DNA of 64,000 nt, taken from contig WRJE01000002.1 in the NCBI GenBank assembly GCA_009782385.1, positions 2,663 through 66,662 of the forward strand, written 5' to 3'. A program made the translations under genes and the position numbers. The stretch is from Oscillospiraceae bacterium (lineage in GTDB: Bacteria; Bacillota; Clostridia; Oscillospirales; UBA929). The notes beneath the pieces are model-generated. The model was not told the DNA's origin. It searched no databases and worked only from the letters and a program-made list of their open reading frames with translations. The first letter of the stretch is position 1. The number at the start of each line of letters is the position of its first letter. Positions 17,361-27,057 of this stretch are shown here, piece by piece.

Positions 17361-19744
17361 CCCATTATTACCTCCACAACGCTGATTGCCCCGTTCGGGA
17401 TACTTTGTATAGCGTCAACCGCCTTGCCGTCCTGTATGACGGACACAACGCCCTTTTCCACGCCGTCCGGGTTTTTAACCGTTATTTTATACTCCGCGCC
17501 GCGCCAACGGCGATTGACCGTGAAACCTTTCCAGTCCGCCGGGATGCACGGGTCAACGCGCAGACATTCATAATCCGGGCGAATACCAAGCATATACTGA
17601 GTGGCGGCAAAATATGCCCATCCGGCAGTACCTGTCATCCACGGGTGATTAGCCTGCCCGTGCAGCTCGTGGTCGCGTCCCATAACAAACTGGCAGTAGC
17701 TGTACGGTTCGGCTTTCCGCAAATCTATAATATCGTTCTGTTTCGCGGGACACAGAGCGTCATAGAACTTCATCGCGCGTGAACCTCTGCCCAGTAAGCA
17801 CTCCGCAACCCATGCCCACGGGTTGGGGTGAGAGAAAACCGCGCCGTTCTCTTTAACACCGGGATAAACCCTGCCGATAAAGCCAAGTTCATCATCGGGT
17901 TTCGAGAAGCTCGGAGCGTTGAGCATAAGGCCGTAATCGGTGTAAAGGAAGCGGTCAACGGCATCCATCGCGCTCCGCGCCCGGTCGGGTTGGGCGGTTT
18001 CGGAAACGACAGCCCATGTGTTGCTCTCCATGAATACTTTTCCCTCGGAATTCTGATCCGATCCAATCACGCGCCCCGAAGCCGTATATCCCCGGCGATA
18101 CCATTCGCCGTCCCACAGAACGTCTTCACAGGTTTTTATGGTTTTTTCTCTTATCTCGCGATATGTATCCGCATCGTCTTGTATTCCAAGCCATTCGGCA
18201 AGCTCAATAAAATGCCCCAACGCCCAGACGTGCAGAAACGACACCATCGCGCTCTCTCCGCCGCCCAAGTTCAGGCAGTCATTCCAGTCGGCGCGAAGTC
18301 CCAACGCGATACCGTTCTGACCTGTCTGCGAAGCGGTGAAGTCAAGACTGCGCTTGAGATGTTTGTATACCGTTGCCTCCCCTCCGTCCGCAAACGGTAC
18401 GGATAATCCGCAAAAGTCACGGTCGCCCGTTTCCCGTACATACTCGCACACCGCCGGAATCAGCCAGAGCGCGTCATCGGCGCATACGTCCTCAATGCCG
18501 TGTATCATCGTTTGCTTGTCAAAACCCGGTATGACGGTCGGTGATTTGAAAGCGGGTTTTTCGTCATCTTTCGGCTCAAACCACATGGGGTCAAATAAGT
18601 GCAATCCATAGCCCGCCGCCGTCTGCCCGTTGAGAAGCTGTAACAGTCGGTTACGGCAGCCCTCCGGTTCCGCCGAAGGAATGCACATTGCGTCTTGCGC
18701 CGTGTCGCGGTAACCCAGTCCGGTACGCCCCCCAACCTCGATAAAAGACGCGAAACGGGAGAACAGCACGTTAATTTCAGCCTGATAGAGCGTCCAACTG
18801 TTGAGCATAAGGTTCATTTCTTCATGCGGCGTGTCAATTTGCATGACAGATATCTTGTCGTCCCAATATTTTTGCAGTTTCTTAAACGCTACGTCAACAG
18901 CACCGGGTTTGGCGTATTTGTCTCTGACAGTCTGTGCGACCGGCATCCCGCCTTCACCCAAGATGAACAGTAACCGTGTGCTTTGCCCCGCTTCCAGTTT
19001 GACGGTTTTCATCAACGCGCCGCAGTGATTTCCGGTCGTGCCTTGAGATGAAGAACACTGCCCCGCCTCCACGGCGGCCGGGTTGGTCTCCGTCTGCCAA
19101 TTACCGATGAAAGTGTCGCGCAAAGCGTCAAAGCCGTCCGGTGTAAAATCAGCTGTAAAAAACTGATAACCGTCGGCTTCGTAATGAAGTTTATATTCGA
19201 TAATACCGTCAGCTTGCCTGCTTCCGGCGCAGTAAAGGCTCATTTGCAAGTTCTGGTTGTCGATGTCGATATGGCGGAAAGAAAACTCACAGTAACCGAA
19301 GACAGACAGATTGCGTGGCTTTCCCGATTTGTTCTCCAGTGTCACGTCCCAGAGTTCGCAGCTGTCGCCCAACGGCACAAAGAGTGTCTGCTGACCGAGG
19401 ATACCGCCGCGTTCGCAAAGAAAACGGCTGTATGACAGTCCGTGCCGCGCTTCATAGCGGTGCTTGGACAAATCCCCGCCCACAGGCTGCCATGACAGCG
19501 ACCAATACTCGCCCGTGTCGTTGTCACGGACATAGATATAGTGTCCCGGTCTGTCTTTAGGTACGCCATTTGGACGGAAACGAGTAATTCTGTGATACTG
19601 CGGAGTTTTGTAAAAACTGTAACCTCCCGCGTTATGGGAGATAACAGTTACGAAGTCCTCCAACCCAAGATAGTTGGTAAAACTTACAGGGGCATCGGGT
19701 CGTGTAACCACATACTCCCTGCCGCAAAAATGGCCGTACTGCAT
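17357..19744 (-). CDS. GH94 disaccharide phosphorylase (cellobiose / N,N'-diacetylchitobiose phosphorylase family)
   Basis: It is about 795 aa. The start was moved to MQYGHFCGREYVV (GGAAGGA ribosome-binding site). The length and conserved blocks (RPGHYIYVRD, GLGYRDTAQD, HPWMTGTAGW) match the family. Confidence 0.75.
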   Translation of the reverse strand: MQYGHFCGREYVVTRPDAPVSFTNYLGLEDFVTVISHNAGGYSFYKTPQYHRITRFRPNGVPKDRPGHYIYVRDNDTGEYWSLSWQPVGGDLSKHRYEARHGLSYSRFLCERGGILGQQTLFVPLGDSCELWDVTLENKSGKPRNLSVFGYCEFSFRHIDIDNQNLQMSLYCAGSRQADGIIEYKLHYEADGYQFFTADFTPDGFDALRDTFIGNWQTETNPAAVEAGQCSSSQGTTGNHCGALMKTVKLEAGQSTRLLFILGEGGMPVAQTVRDKYAKPGAVDVAFKKLQKYWDDKISVMQIDTPHEEMNLMLNSWTLYQAEINVLFSRFASFIEVGGRTGLGYRDTAQDAMCIPSAEPEGCRNRLLQLLNGQTAAGYGLHLFDPMWFEPKDDEKPAFKSPTVIPGFDKQTMIHGIEDVCADDALWLIPAVCEYVRETGDRDFCGLSVPFADGGEATVYKHLKRSLDFTASQTGQNGIALGLRADWNDCLNLGGGESAMVSFLHVWALGHFIELAEWLGIQDDADTYREIREKTIKTCEDVLWDGEWYRRGYTASGRVIGSDQNSEGKVFMESNTWAVVSETAQPDRARSAMDAVDRFLYTDYGLMLNAPSFSKPDDELGFIGRVYPGVKENGAVFSHPNPWAWVAECLLGRGSRAMKFYDALCPAKQNDIIDLRKAEPYSYCQFVMGRDHELHGQANHPWMTGTAGWAYFAATQYMLGIRPDYECLRVDPCIPADWKGFTVNRRWRGAEYKITVKNPDGVEKGVVSVIQDGKAVDAIQSIPNGAISVVEVIMG

Positions 19745-19927
19745 AAAATATGCTCCTTCCAAAATCAGTTGTCCGCGTTTTTTCGCGATCTCTAAATACA
19801 CTTTAATCAGTCCGAAAATGTGTAAATAGAGCAAGGAAAGGCAACTATACATGAGAATAAAAAAAATGTCAATAGCTCAAGCGTGTATCACGCGAATCGT
19901 GTGTTTTTCTCGTTTCAGAATAAAAAA

Positions 19928-19957
19928 TTGCAATTATCGTTCATGGTGTGTTATAAT
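19928..19957 (+). promoter_or_regulatory. Sigma-A-type promoter TTGCAA-N18-TATAAT with TGn extension
   Basis: TTGCAAttatcgttcatggtgTGtTATAAT lies 50 nt upstream of the PIG-L gene. Confidence 0.5.
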
Positions 19958-20006
19958 TTAGTTTCCGGTCGAGCCTATAAACATCGATACGAAAGAGGGT
20001 TTTTGT

Positions 20007-20855
20007 ATGAAACTTGTCAACGCCGCGGCCGAGCTGCATATCCCGGGCAATGTCCCGGTTCAAAACGCCCTAAGCCGTACCACCGCGCTGTGTATCGCCG
20101 CGCACCAAGACGACATTGAGATTATGGCATACGGACCAATCTCCGAATGTTACGACCGCTCTGACAAATGGTTCACCGGCGTGATTGTGACCGATGGCGG
20201 CGGCTCTCCCCGCAGCGGCGTTTACGCCGATTACACCGATGAAGATATGAAACGTATAAGAGCAAACGAGCAAAAATCAGCCGCCGATATCGGCGGATAT
20301 TCCGCGCAGTTTTTGCTGGCATATAAAAGCGGCGAAGTAAAAGCCGCCGACAACCGCACTTTGATTGACGAGTTGAAGAATGTTATAATCCGGTGCGCCC
20401 CGGAAACTGTCTACACACACAACTTAGCCGATAAGCACGACACTCATGTGGCGGTGGCGTTGAACGTAATCCGCGCTCTGCGTGAAATTCCGGCGGAACA
20501 GCGACCTAAAAAAGTGATGTCCCTTGAGGTATGGCGCGCCCTTGACTGGTTGTGCGATGAGGATAAGACCGTATTCGACACAAGCGGTCACCCTAACATC
20601 GCGGCGGCTTTATTAGGGGTGCATGACAGCCAGATTATCGGCGGCAAGCGTTACGATTTGGCGGCAATAGGCCGCCGTCTCGCCAACGCGACATTTTTCG
20701 CGAGCCATGATGTGGATGATTCCGACAGCCTTACATTCGGTCTGGATATTACCGAGCTGGTAAACAGCGATATGTCACCCGCCGAGTACATAGGCAAATA
20801 TATTGACAATTTCAAAAACGATGTCGGCAAGCGCATAGCCGCACTATCGTTGTAG
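20007..20855 (+). CDS. PIG-L/LmbE family deacetylase
   Basis: The N-terminal AAHQDDIEI matches the family's HPDD-like motif. Downstream HNLADKHDTH histidines are present. Confidence 0.7.
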   Translation: MKLVNAAAELHIPGNVPVQNALSRTTALCIAAHQDDIEIMAYGPISECYDRSDKWFTGVIVTDGGGSPRSGVYADYTDEDMKRIRANEQKSAADIGGYSAQFLLAYKSGEVKAADNRTLIDELKNVIIRCAPETVYTHNLADKHDTHVAVALNVIRALREIPAEQRPKKVMSLEVWRALDWLCDEDKTVFDTSGHPNIAAALLGVHDSQIIGGKRYDLAAIGRRLANATFFASHDVDDSDSLTFGLDITELVNSDMSPAEYIGKYIDNFKNDVGKRIAALSL

Positions 20856-20880
20856 GGCGCGGCATCCTTGACGCGCCGTT
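20852..20880. repeat. GTAGGGCGCGgcatccttgaCGCGCC element, copy 5 (inverse orientation of the hairpin at 4679-4700)
   Basis: Its reverse complement differs from 4679-4700 by one base. It overlaps the PIG-L stop codon. Confidence 0.7.
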
Positions 20881-20902
20881 TTACAAAATAGGAGGAAGCA
20901 AT

Positions 20903-22261
20903 ATGAATTATCTTGGAGTTGAAATTGATATTAAAAACACCCCCATATTGGATCGTCAGTTTATTCCGATGTCCCTGTTTTGCAAGGAATATCTGAAATC
21001 GGCAAAAAAACCTGTTTCCATATGCGTGGAACGCAACGGCGGAATGTGTTCTGTGTATGACACCTTCATCACCGGAGAAAATGAGGCGGCCGACCGCTTC
21101 TATATCGAGCGGACGGTCAAATTCCTGCTGTGGATGAAAGGCGGCTATAAGGTCACAATATGCGGTGATGACGGAATCGCGGCATATATCAAAGAGCAGT
21201 ACGGCGCGAGCGGAAAACGCGCCTTTGACAACACTTTTATGGCGCGTGTCTATGAACATCCGTTTGAAACGGAGGCTCTTGCGCTCACGGATAAACCTAT
21301 CGAGAACGAGTGTCCTATGCAGGTTGGTGGCAACCAAAAGGGCTGCCGCATTGGGTTTGACGCGGGAGGAAGCGACCGCAAGGTGTCGGCGGTGATTGAC
21401 GGTGAGGCAGTTTATAGCGAGGAGGTTGTGTGGCATCCCAAAGTCACCGCCGACCCGGACTATCACTATAACGGGATTGTAAGCGCGTTTAAGACAGCCG
21501 CCGAAAAAATGCCGCGCGTGGACGCGATTGGTGTCAGCTCCGCCGGCATATATATAAATAACCGCACCATGGTTGCGTCGCTGTTCTTAAAGGTGTCCCC
21601 GGAAGATTTTGACGGCAAGGTCAAGGATATCTACATCCGTGCCGCGAAAGAGATTGACGATGTGCCGCTGTGCGTTGTCAATGACGGCGATGTGACCGCG
21701 TTGGCGGGCGCGATGGAACTGGATGACGGCAGTGTGTTGGGTATAGCGATGGGTACAAGCGAGGCCGTTGGTTATGTCGATGAAAACGGCTGTGTTACCG
21801 GATGGCTCAACGAACTGGCGTTCGCGCCTGTGGATGCCAATAAAAACGCCATGGAGGACGAATGGTCGGGTGACATAGGCTGCGGTGTAAAATATTTTTC
21901 GCAGGACGGCGTAATCAAGCTCGCGCTCAATGCCGGAATCGCGCTTGACGCGGCTGCGACCCCCGGCGAAAAGCTGAAAGCCGTGCAGGGGATGCTGTCT
22001 GACGGCGACAGCCGCGCGGCGGACGTGTTCCGCTCGATTGGGTGCTATCTCGGTCACACACTGCCGTATTATTGGAGCTTCTACCGCTTCCGGCACGTAC
22101 TTCTTCTGGGGCGCGTCATGTCGGGCGAGGGCGGTAACATAATCATCGAAACGGCGAAAGCTGTGTTGGCGGAGGAATATCCCGATTGCGGCTTCAATTT
22201 GCATATCCCGGACGAGCAGAATCGCCGGATTGGACAGAGCGTTGCGGCGGCTAGTTTGTAG
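20903..22261 (+). CDS. ROK family sugar kinase/regulator-like protein with an N-terminal extension of about 150 aa of unknown function
   Basis: ROK/ASKHA motifs are GFDAGGSDRK, NDGDVTALAG and GIAMGTSEAVG. The preceding 150 aa match nothing I recognise. Confidence 0.65.
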   Translation: MNYLGVEIDIKNTPILDRQFIPMSLFCKEYLKSAKKPVSICVERNGGMCSVYDTFITGENEAADRFYIERTVKFLLWMKGGYKVTICGDDGIAAYIKEQYGASGKRAFDNTFMARVYEHPFETEALALTDKPIENECPMQVGGNQKGCRIGFDAGGSDRKVSAVIDGEAVYSEEVVWHPKVTADPDYHYNGIVSAFKTAAEKMPRVDAIGVSSAGIYINNRTMVASLFLKVSPEDFDGKVKDIYIRAAKEIDDVPLCVVNDGDVTALAGAMELDDGSVLGIAMGTSEAVGYVDENGCVTGWLNELAFAPVDANKNAMEDEWSGDIGCGVKYFSQDGVIKLALNAGIALDAAATPGEKLKAVQGMLSDGDSRAADVFRSIGCYLGHTLPYYWSFYRFRHVLLLGRVMSGEGGNIIIETAKAVLAEEYPDCGFNLHIPDEQNRRIGQSVAAASL

Positions 22262-22295
22262 GTATGTCTGAAATATATAAGTGAGGATGGACAAG

Positions 22296-23486
22296 ATGTT
22301 GGAAAACAAAGGAAATTTCGGCGAATATGGCGGTCAGTATATTCCGGAGGAGTTAATGGGCGCGGTGTCGGAGCTTGAAAGAGCTTATGAGCAGTACAAA
22401 AACGATGCTTCATTTCAGAGAGAACTGACATATTTGCTGAACAATTACGCGGGCAGACCGTCACCGCTCTACTACGCGGCTAAAATGACGGAAAAGCTCG
22501 GCGGCGCGAAGATATACTTTAAGCGCGAGGATTTGAACCACACGGGTTCGCATAAAATCAACAATGTTCTCGGGCAGGCGTTACTTGCAAAAAGGATGGG
22601 TAAAAAACGGCTAATAGCCGAAACGGGCGCGGGACAGCACGGCGTGGCGACAGCCACCGCCGCCGCGCTTATGGGCATGGAATGTGAGATATACATGGGC
22701 AAGGAAGATACCGAACGCCAAGCCCTGAACGTTTACCGCATGGAACTGCTGGGCGCGAAGGTGCATTCCGTCACGAGCGGCACACAAACGCTCTCCGATG
22801 CCGTTGACGCGGCTATCGGCGCGTGGGTTCTGCGCTCGGACGACACGCATTATCTTCTCGGTTCTGCCGTTGGACCGCATCCGTTCCCGCTTATTGTCCG
22901 CGATTTTCAAAAGATTATAGGAAAAGAAGTCAAGGAAAAGGTTCTGGAGTTGGAGAATCGTCTCCCCGATGCGGTGCTTGCGTGTGTGGGCGGCGGCAGT
23001 AACGCAATCGGCGCGTTTTATGAGTTCATAGATGATAAATCTGTACGGCTTATCGGCTGCGAAGCCGCCGGGCGCGGCATTGATTCACCTGATAACGCCG
23101 CTACAATGACACTTGGTAAGGTCGGCACTTTTCACGGCATGAAGACGTACTTCTGCCAAGATAAGGACGGACAGCTCGCTCCCGTGTACTCCATCTCGGC
23201 GGGATTGGACTATCCCGGTGTCGGACCGGAACACGCTTATCTCAAGGATATTAAACGCGCGGAATATGTACCCGTCACCGATGATGAGGCCGTTGCGGCG
23301 TTTGAGTATCTCTCGCGTACAGAGGGCATTATTCCGGCAATCGAGAGTTCACACGCTGTCGCGCACACGATAAAGATTGCGCCTGAAATGGGAAAAGATA
23401 AAATTCTTGTTGTAAATCTGTCCGGCAGAGGAGACAAAGACGTGGCGCACATCGCAAGATACAGAGGTGTTGATATATCCGAGTAG
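22296..23486 (+). CDS. trpB: Tryptophan synthase beta chain
   Basis: It has [19 protein letters not shown] (the PLP lysine) and [11 protein letters not shown] at 22296 is preferred because GAGGA lies upstream. The ORF track starts at GTG 22281. Confidence 0.85.
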   Translation: MLENKGNFGEYGGQYIPEELMGAVSELERAYEQYKNDASFQRELTYLLNNYAGRPSPLYYAAKMTEKLGGAKIYFKREDLNHTGSHKINNVLGQALLAKRMGKKRLIAETGAGQHGVATATAAALMGMECEIYMGKEDTERQALNVYRMELLGAKVHSVTSGTQTLSDAVDAAIGAWVLRSDDTHYLLGSAVGPHPFPLIVRDFQKIIGKEVKEKVLELENRLPDAVLACVGGGSNAIGAFYEFIDDKSVRLIGCEAAGRGIDSPDNAATMTLGKVGTFHGMKTYFCQDKDGQLAPVYSISAGLDYPGVGPEHAYLKDIKRAEYVPVTDDEAVAAFEYLSRTEGIIPAIESSHAVAHTIKIAPEMGKDKILVVNLSGRGDKDVAHIARYRGVDISE

Positions 23487-23540
23487 GGGCGGCATATATG
23501 CCGCCCGCAGACACAGGATATGCCGCCCGCATTCCCCTAC
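23483..23540. repeat. GTAGGGGCGGCATATATGCCGCCC...CCCCTAC palindromic element, copy 6
   Basis: Read directly between the convergent trpB and spoVAE ends. Confidence 0.7.
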
Positions 23541-23896
23541 TACGCCTTATCCCCGGATTTGCACATTAACGCAATGCCGAAACCGAAAAAAATCGCGGCG
23601 GTAATACCTGCGGCAGTGCCTGTAACGCCGCCTGTCAGAACTCCGAGCAAGCCGTTTTCACTAACGGCTTTTTCAACGCCTTTGGCAAGCGCGTAACCAA
23701 AGCCCGACAGCGGCACGGTCGCGCCCGCGCCCGCCCAGTCGGCGAGCGGCTTGTAAACACCGATGGCGGTCAGCAGAACCCCGGCGGTAACAAAGCCGAC
23801 AAGTATTCTTGCGGGCGTTAGTTTTGTGCGGTCAATTAAAATCTGTCCAATGGCGCAAAACGCGCCGCCGATTAAGAACGCTTTCAGATAATCCAT
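23540..23896 (-). CDS. spoVAE: Stage V sporulation protein AE (SpoVAC/SpoVAEB family membrane protein)
   Basis: It is a 118-aa polytopic protein with FLIGGAFCAIGQIL and VPLSGFG blocks. Confidence 0.8.
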   Translation of the reverse strand: MDYLKAFLIGGAFCAIGQILIDRTKLTPARILVGFVTAGVLLTAIGVYKPLADWAGAGATVPLSGFGYALAKGVEKAVSENGLLGVLTGGVTGTAAGITAAIFFGFGIALMCKSGDKA

Positions 23897-23906
23897 AAAT
23901 ATCCCC

Positions 23907-24914
23907 TTACTTCTCGTTGGAAATCCTTACCGCGTGGCATACTGACGGTATGCTCGCGCCCTGTGCCGATGATACGGGCGACAACAGCGCACCCGTGCCG
24001 CAAAACAAAATGCTGTTATGCGTGCCGTCACGCAAAAGCGGCAGTAAATGAGAGCATAGCACAAGAGCGGAACAGGCACAGCCTGAGCCGCCCGCGTGTA
24101 CGTCCTGTTTTTTAGCGTCAAATATCAGCTCGCCGCAGTCCGTGACGCTGATATACAGCCCGTCACGGCGTAGAAGCTCCTCGGCGAGCGCACGCCCCAC
24201 ACTGCCTAAATCGCCCGTTACAATAAGGTCGGTATTTATACTGTTGTTCGTGTCGGTAAAATACGCCTTGATAGTTTCATACGCGGCGGGAGCCATCGCC
24301 GCTCCCATATTATTCGGGTCTGTGATACCCGCGTCTGTTATCACTCCTGTTGTTACGTGCGTGACATACGGGCCGTCACCGTTCGCCGACAATACCACCG
24401 CGCCCGAACCTGTCACAGTCCACTGCGCTGTCGGCGTTCGCTGACCGCCGTATTCAAGCGGAAGGCGGTACTGCCGCTCCGCTGAACAAAAATGTGACGA
24501 TGTCATTGCGGCGGCGTTATCCGCGAAACCGCCGTCAATCGTCATCGCGGCAAGCGAAATACTCTCCGCCATCGTTGAACACGCGCCGTAAAGCCCGAAA
24601 AACGGGCGCACGTAATCTAGTATGCCGAATGTCGTGCCTATACACTGGTTCAAAAGGTCGCCCGCAAAAATGTAATTGACGTTTTCCATAGCGATTCCGG
24701 CGTTCTCAGCCGCGCGGCGAAGCGTCTCTTTTTGCATCAGCGATTCAGATTTTTCCCACGTCTTCTCGCCCAGAGTGGTGTCGTTATAAATTACATCGAT
24801 TTTTTTACCCAGAGGGCCTTCGCCCTCTTTTTTGCCGCCAACGCAGGCCGCGCCCGCGATATTCGGCGCGTTCGGCAATAATACCGTTTGCGCCCCTAAG
24901 CGTTTTGTCGTCAT
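23907..24914 (-). CDS. spoVAD: Stage V sporulation protein AD (thiolase-like fold)
   Basis: It is 335 aa, with GKKEGEGPLG, GDLLNQC and ACS...MAES blocks typical of SpoVAD. Confidence 0.85.
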   Translation of the reverse strand: MTTKRLGAQTVLLPNAPNIAGAACVGGKKEGEGPLGKKIDVIYNDTTLGEKTWEKSESLMQKETLRRAAENAGIAMENVNYIFAGDLLNQCIGTTFGILDYVRPFFGLYGACSTMAESISLAAMTIDGGFADNAAAMTSSHFCSAERQYRLPLEYGGQRTPTAQWTVTGSGAVVLSANGDGPYVTHVTTGVITDAGITDPNNMGAAMAPAAYETIKAYFTDTNNSINTDLIVTGDLGSVGRALAEELLRRDGLYISVTDCGELIFDAKKQDVHAGGSGCACSALVLCSHLLPLLRDGTHNSILFCGTGALLSPVSSAQGASIPSVCHAVRISNEK

Positions 24915-24971
24915 ACCTAAAGCTCCGTTTCAGGTTTTGAGCTTAGTATATGCCGGTTACAAAGTTTTATC

Positions 24972-25418
24972 CTATCTTTTGCTCTCAAAGAACTCTTTCA
25001 GCACCAAAGCGCATTCATCCTCCATAATACCGCCTATAATCTCCGGTTTATGATTCAGACCGTGTAAATTCAAGTCCAGTAATCCGCCGAACGCGCCGCC
25101 CTTGGCATCATACGCGCCGAACACAACGCGCGGAATCCGCGCGTTAACAATAGCGCCCGCGCACATAACGCAGGGTTCAAGCGTTACATACAGGGCGCAT
25201 TCGCTAAGTCTCCAAGTATTCAGTTTCTTACACGCCTCATTTACGGCGATAATTTCCGCGTGATTCAGCGCGTTTCCGTCACGCTCGCGGCGGTTACAAC
25301 CCTTGGCTATAACCTCATCGCCGCGCGTGATAACGCAGCCGACAGGCACATCGCCGCCAACGGCGGCTTCACGCGCCAGCTCAAGAGCCATTCTCATAAA
25401 TTTATTGTTGCTCGTCAT
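24972..25418 (-). CDS. tadA: tRNA-specific adenosine deaminase
   Basis: Its zinc motifs are HAEIIA and PCVMCAGA. The start was moved to MTSNNKFMRMALELA, which overlaps the upstream gene by 17 nt. Confidence 0.85.
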   Translation of the reverse strand: MTSNNKFMRMALELAREAAVGGDVPVGCVITRGDEVIAKGCNRRERDGNALNHAEIIAVNEACKKLNTWRLSECALYVTLEPCVMCAGAIVNARIPRVVFGAYDAKGGAFGGLLDLNLHGLNHKPEIIGGIMEDECALVLKEFFESKR

Positions 25419-25848
25419 GTTCCTCAAGGTATGATAAAAATGCCTGCGGTCGGTACAGTCTTTTGCCGAACTCGGACATACCGCTCGGTTCTTCATTTTC
25501 GGGGAAAGCTATGTAATGAGCATCGTTGAGCTTAAAACAGCGTTTCTCAATTCCCTCGCTGAGTTTCCAAACATCAAGCAGAGCATCGCTGTCCGTCAGC
25601 TTGTAAAAGCACCACTGCTTCTGATTCTTGTCGCCCAACAACGCGACTACCATCGCGCCGCCTTTGCCGAAAAAAGCTGATATTTCTACGGCACCGGTAT
25701 TTATACCCATCTCTTTAAGAGTAGTTTTAACCAGCTTCCGCGCGGTATTCTCGTTAAGCTCAACGTTACCCATCTGAGCTAAATCATCAGCATCCAGAAA
25801 AAGTGTCAGGCCGTTTTCGCCTGTTGTATGTATCGTCAACATCATCAC
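25402..25848 (-). CDS. MecA-like adaptor protein (short form)
   Basis: The C-terminal part (FYKLTDSDALLDV...YIAF...EFGKRL...LEEH) resembles the MecA C-terminal domain as I remember it. Confidence 0.45.
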   Translation of the reverse strand: MMMLTIHTTGENGLTLFLDADDLAQMGNVELNENTARKLVKTTLKEMGINTGAVEISAFFGKGGAMVVALLGDKNQKQWCFYKLTDSDALLDVWKLSEGIEKRCFKLNDAHYIAFPENEEPSGMSEFGKRLYRPQAFLSYLEEHDEQQ

Positions 25849-26031
25849 ACTCCCTTATGTATTATAATATATCACAAGATAAAAATCCAGTATAAAAAAA
25901 TGGATGTTGAAATTACATTGGAGCAACAACTAATATTTATGCCGTCCGCTATGCGATTAGAGCAATTTAGGATAAGCGGGAGGCTCTTTCTGTGTTATAA
26001 TGAAATCACCGTGCGGGAAAGAGGTGATTTA

Positions 26032-26979
26032 ATGAATCACACAGACACCATGCAGGCTGTGCTTGAATACATCGATGACAACATTACAAATGAAATAAGC
26101 ATGAACATGATAGCGGAGAAAGCCGGATATTCCGTATATCACTTCAGCCGAATATTCACAGAGACAATCGGTATTACTGTAATGTCGTATGTAACTTGGC
26201 GTAAATTGCAATATGCGCTGTACGATTTAACTCGCGGTAAGAAGGTAATTGATGCCGCGATGGACTACGGCTTTGAAACTCATGCGGGATTTACAAAAGC
26301 CTTTGTTCATTGGTTTGGGTTTCCGCCTTCCCTGTGCAGGTTGCGCTTAATTGCAGACCCGCCCATGAAACCGAACGTCAAAATGCTAACAAACAAATTT
26401 TTAGGAGGTAACGCAATGTATCCACACATTATCGAATTGACACCTTTCGCCGCTGTTGGCTATCCAAGCCGCCACAAGTCGGAAAACATGAAAGAGAATG
26501 TCAACGCCCCCACGTTTTGGGAAAAAATCAACTTAGACTACGGCACAATCTTAACAAAGCTGCATGACACATTTACAAAGTCGAAGCATTTTGAAATCTG
26601 TATGTGCTACGACATTGACGAAAGCGCGGGAGAGTTTACCTATATCATGGGCAGGGGTATCGACAATCCCGATGACCTTGCGAATATACAACCCGATATG
26701 ATAAAGGTTGACATTGCCGGCGGTTTGTATGCTATCTTCTCAACACCGCCCGCCGCCGATTCGTTTATTCAAACCGCGCAGGACACATGGAATGAGATAT
26801 TTTTGCATTGGCTTCCTCAATCCGAGTTTGAATATGACGATACACGGCGAGATTTTTCGTATCACGACCTTAGAGACCACGGGTGGTATTTCGGCGGCAA
26901 GTTACAAATCGACATTTGTATCCCTATCCGTCACAGAGAAGAAGAAATGCGAAAGTCGCAATTAAGAGCAAATCGGTAA
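26032..26979 (+). CDS. AraC family transcriptional regulator with a GyrI-like effector-binding domain
   Basis: The start is MNHTDT after GAAAGAGGTGA. The HTH_18 block is AEKAGYSVYHFSRIFTE...GFETHAGFTKAF. The C-terminal half is GyrI-like. Confidence 0.8.
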   Translation: MNHTDTMQAVLEYIDDNITNEISMNMIAEKAGYSVYHFSRIFTETIGITVMSYVTWRKLQYALYDLTRGKKVIDAAMDYGFETHAGFTKAFVHWFGFPPSLCRLRLIADPPMKPNVKMLTNKFLGGNAMYPHIIELTPFAAVGYPSRHKSENMKENVNAPTFWEKINLDYGTILTKLHDTFTKSKHFEICMCYDIDESAGEFTYIMGRGIDNPDDLANIQPDMIKVDIAGGLYAIFSTPPAADSFIQTAQDTWNEIFLHWLPQSEFEYDDTRRDFSYHDLRDHGWYFGGKLQIDICIPIRHREEEMRKSQLRANR

Positions 26980-26992
26980 TTAAAGAATCATC

Positions 26993-27018
26993 AAGCCCAC
27001 GCTGTTTAGCGCGGGCTT
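26993..27018. terminator. Hairpin between convergent genes (AAGCCCaCGC-tgttta-GCGCGGGCTT)
   Basis: It is a 10-bp stem with one mismatch and has no clear T-tract. Confidence 0.4.
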
Positions 27019-27057
27019 GACTTATGTCGGTGCGCCGATAACGGCGCACTCTAATAC

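Noticed and set aside
19745-19852. ORF-track N-terminal extensions. The example here is the GH94 gene. The same applies to the ORFs whose track starts are at 14806, 15150, 25496, 25828, 31714, 40605, 49458, 50371, 52612 and 56968.
   Set aside because: In each case an internal ATG, GTG or TTG is preceded by a GGAGG-type ribosome-binding site and matches the expected family N-terminus or signal peptide. The extensions overlap neighbouring genes or promoters.
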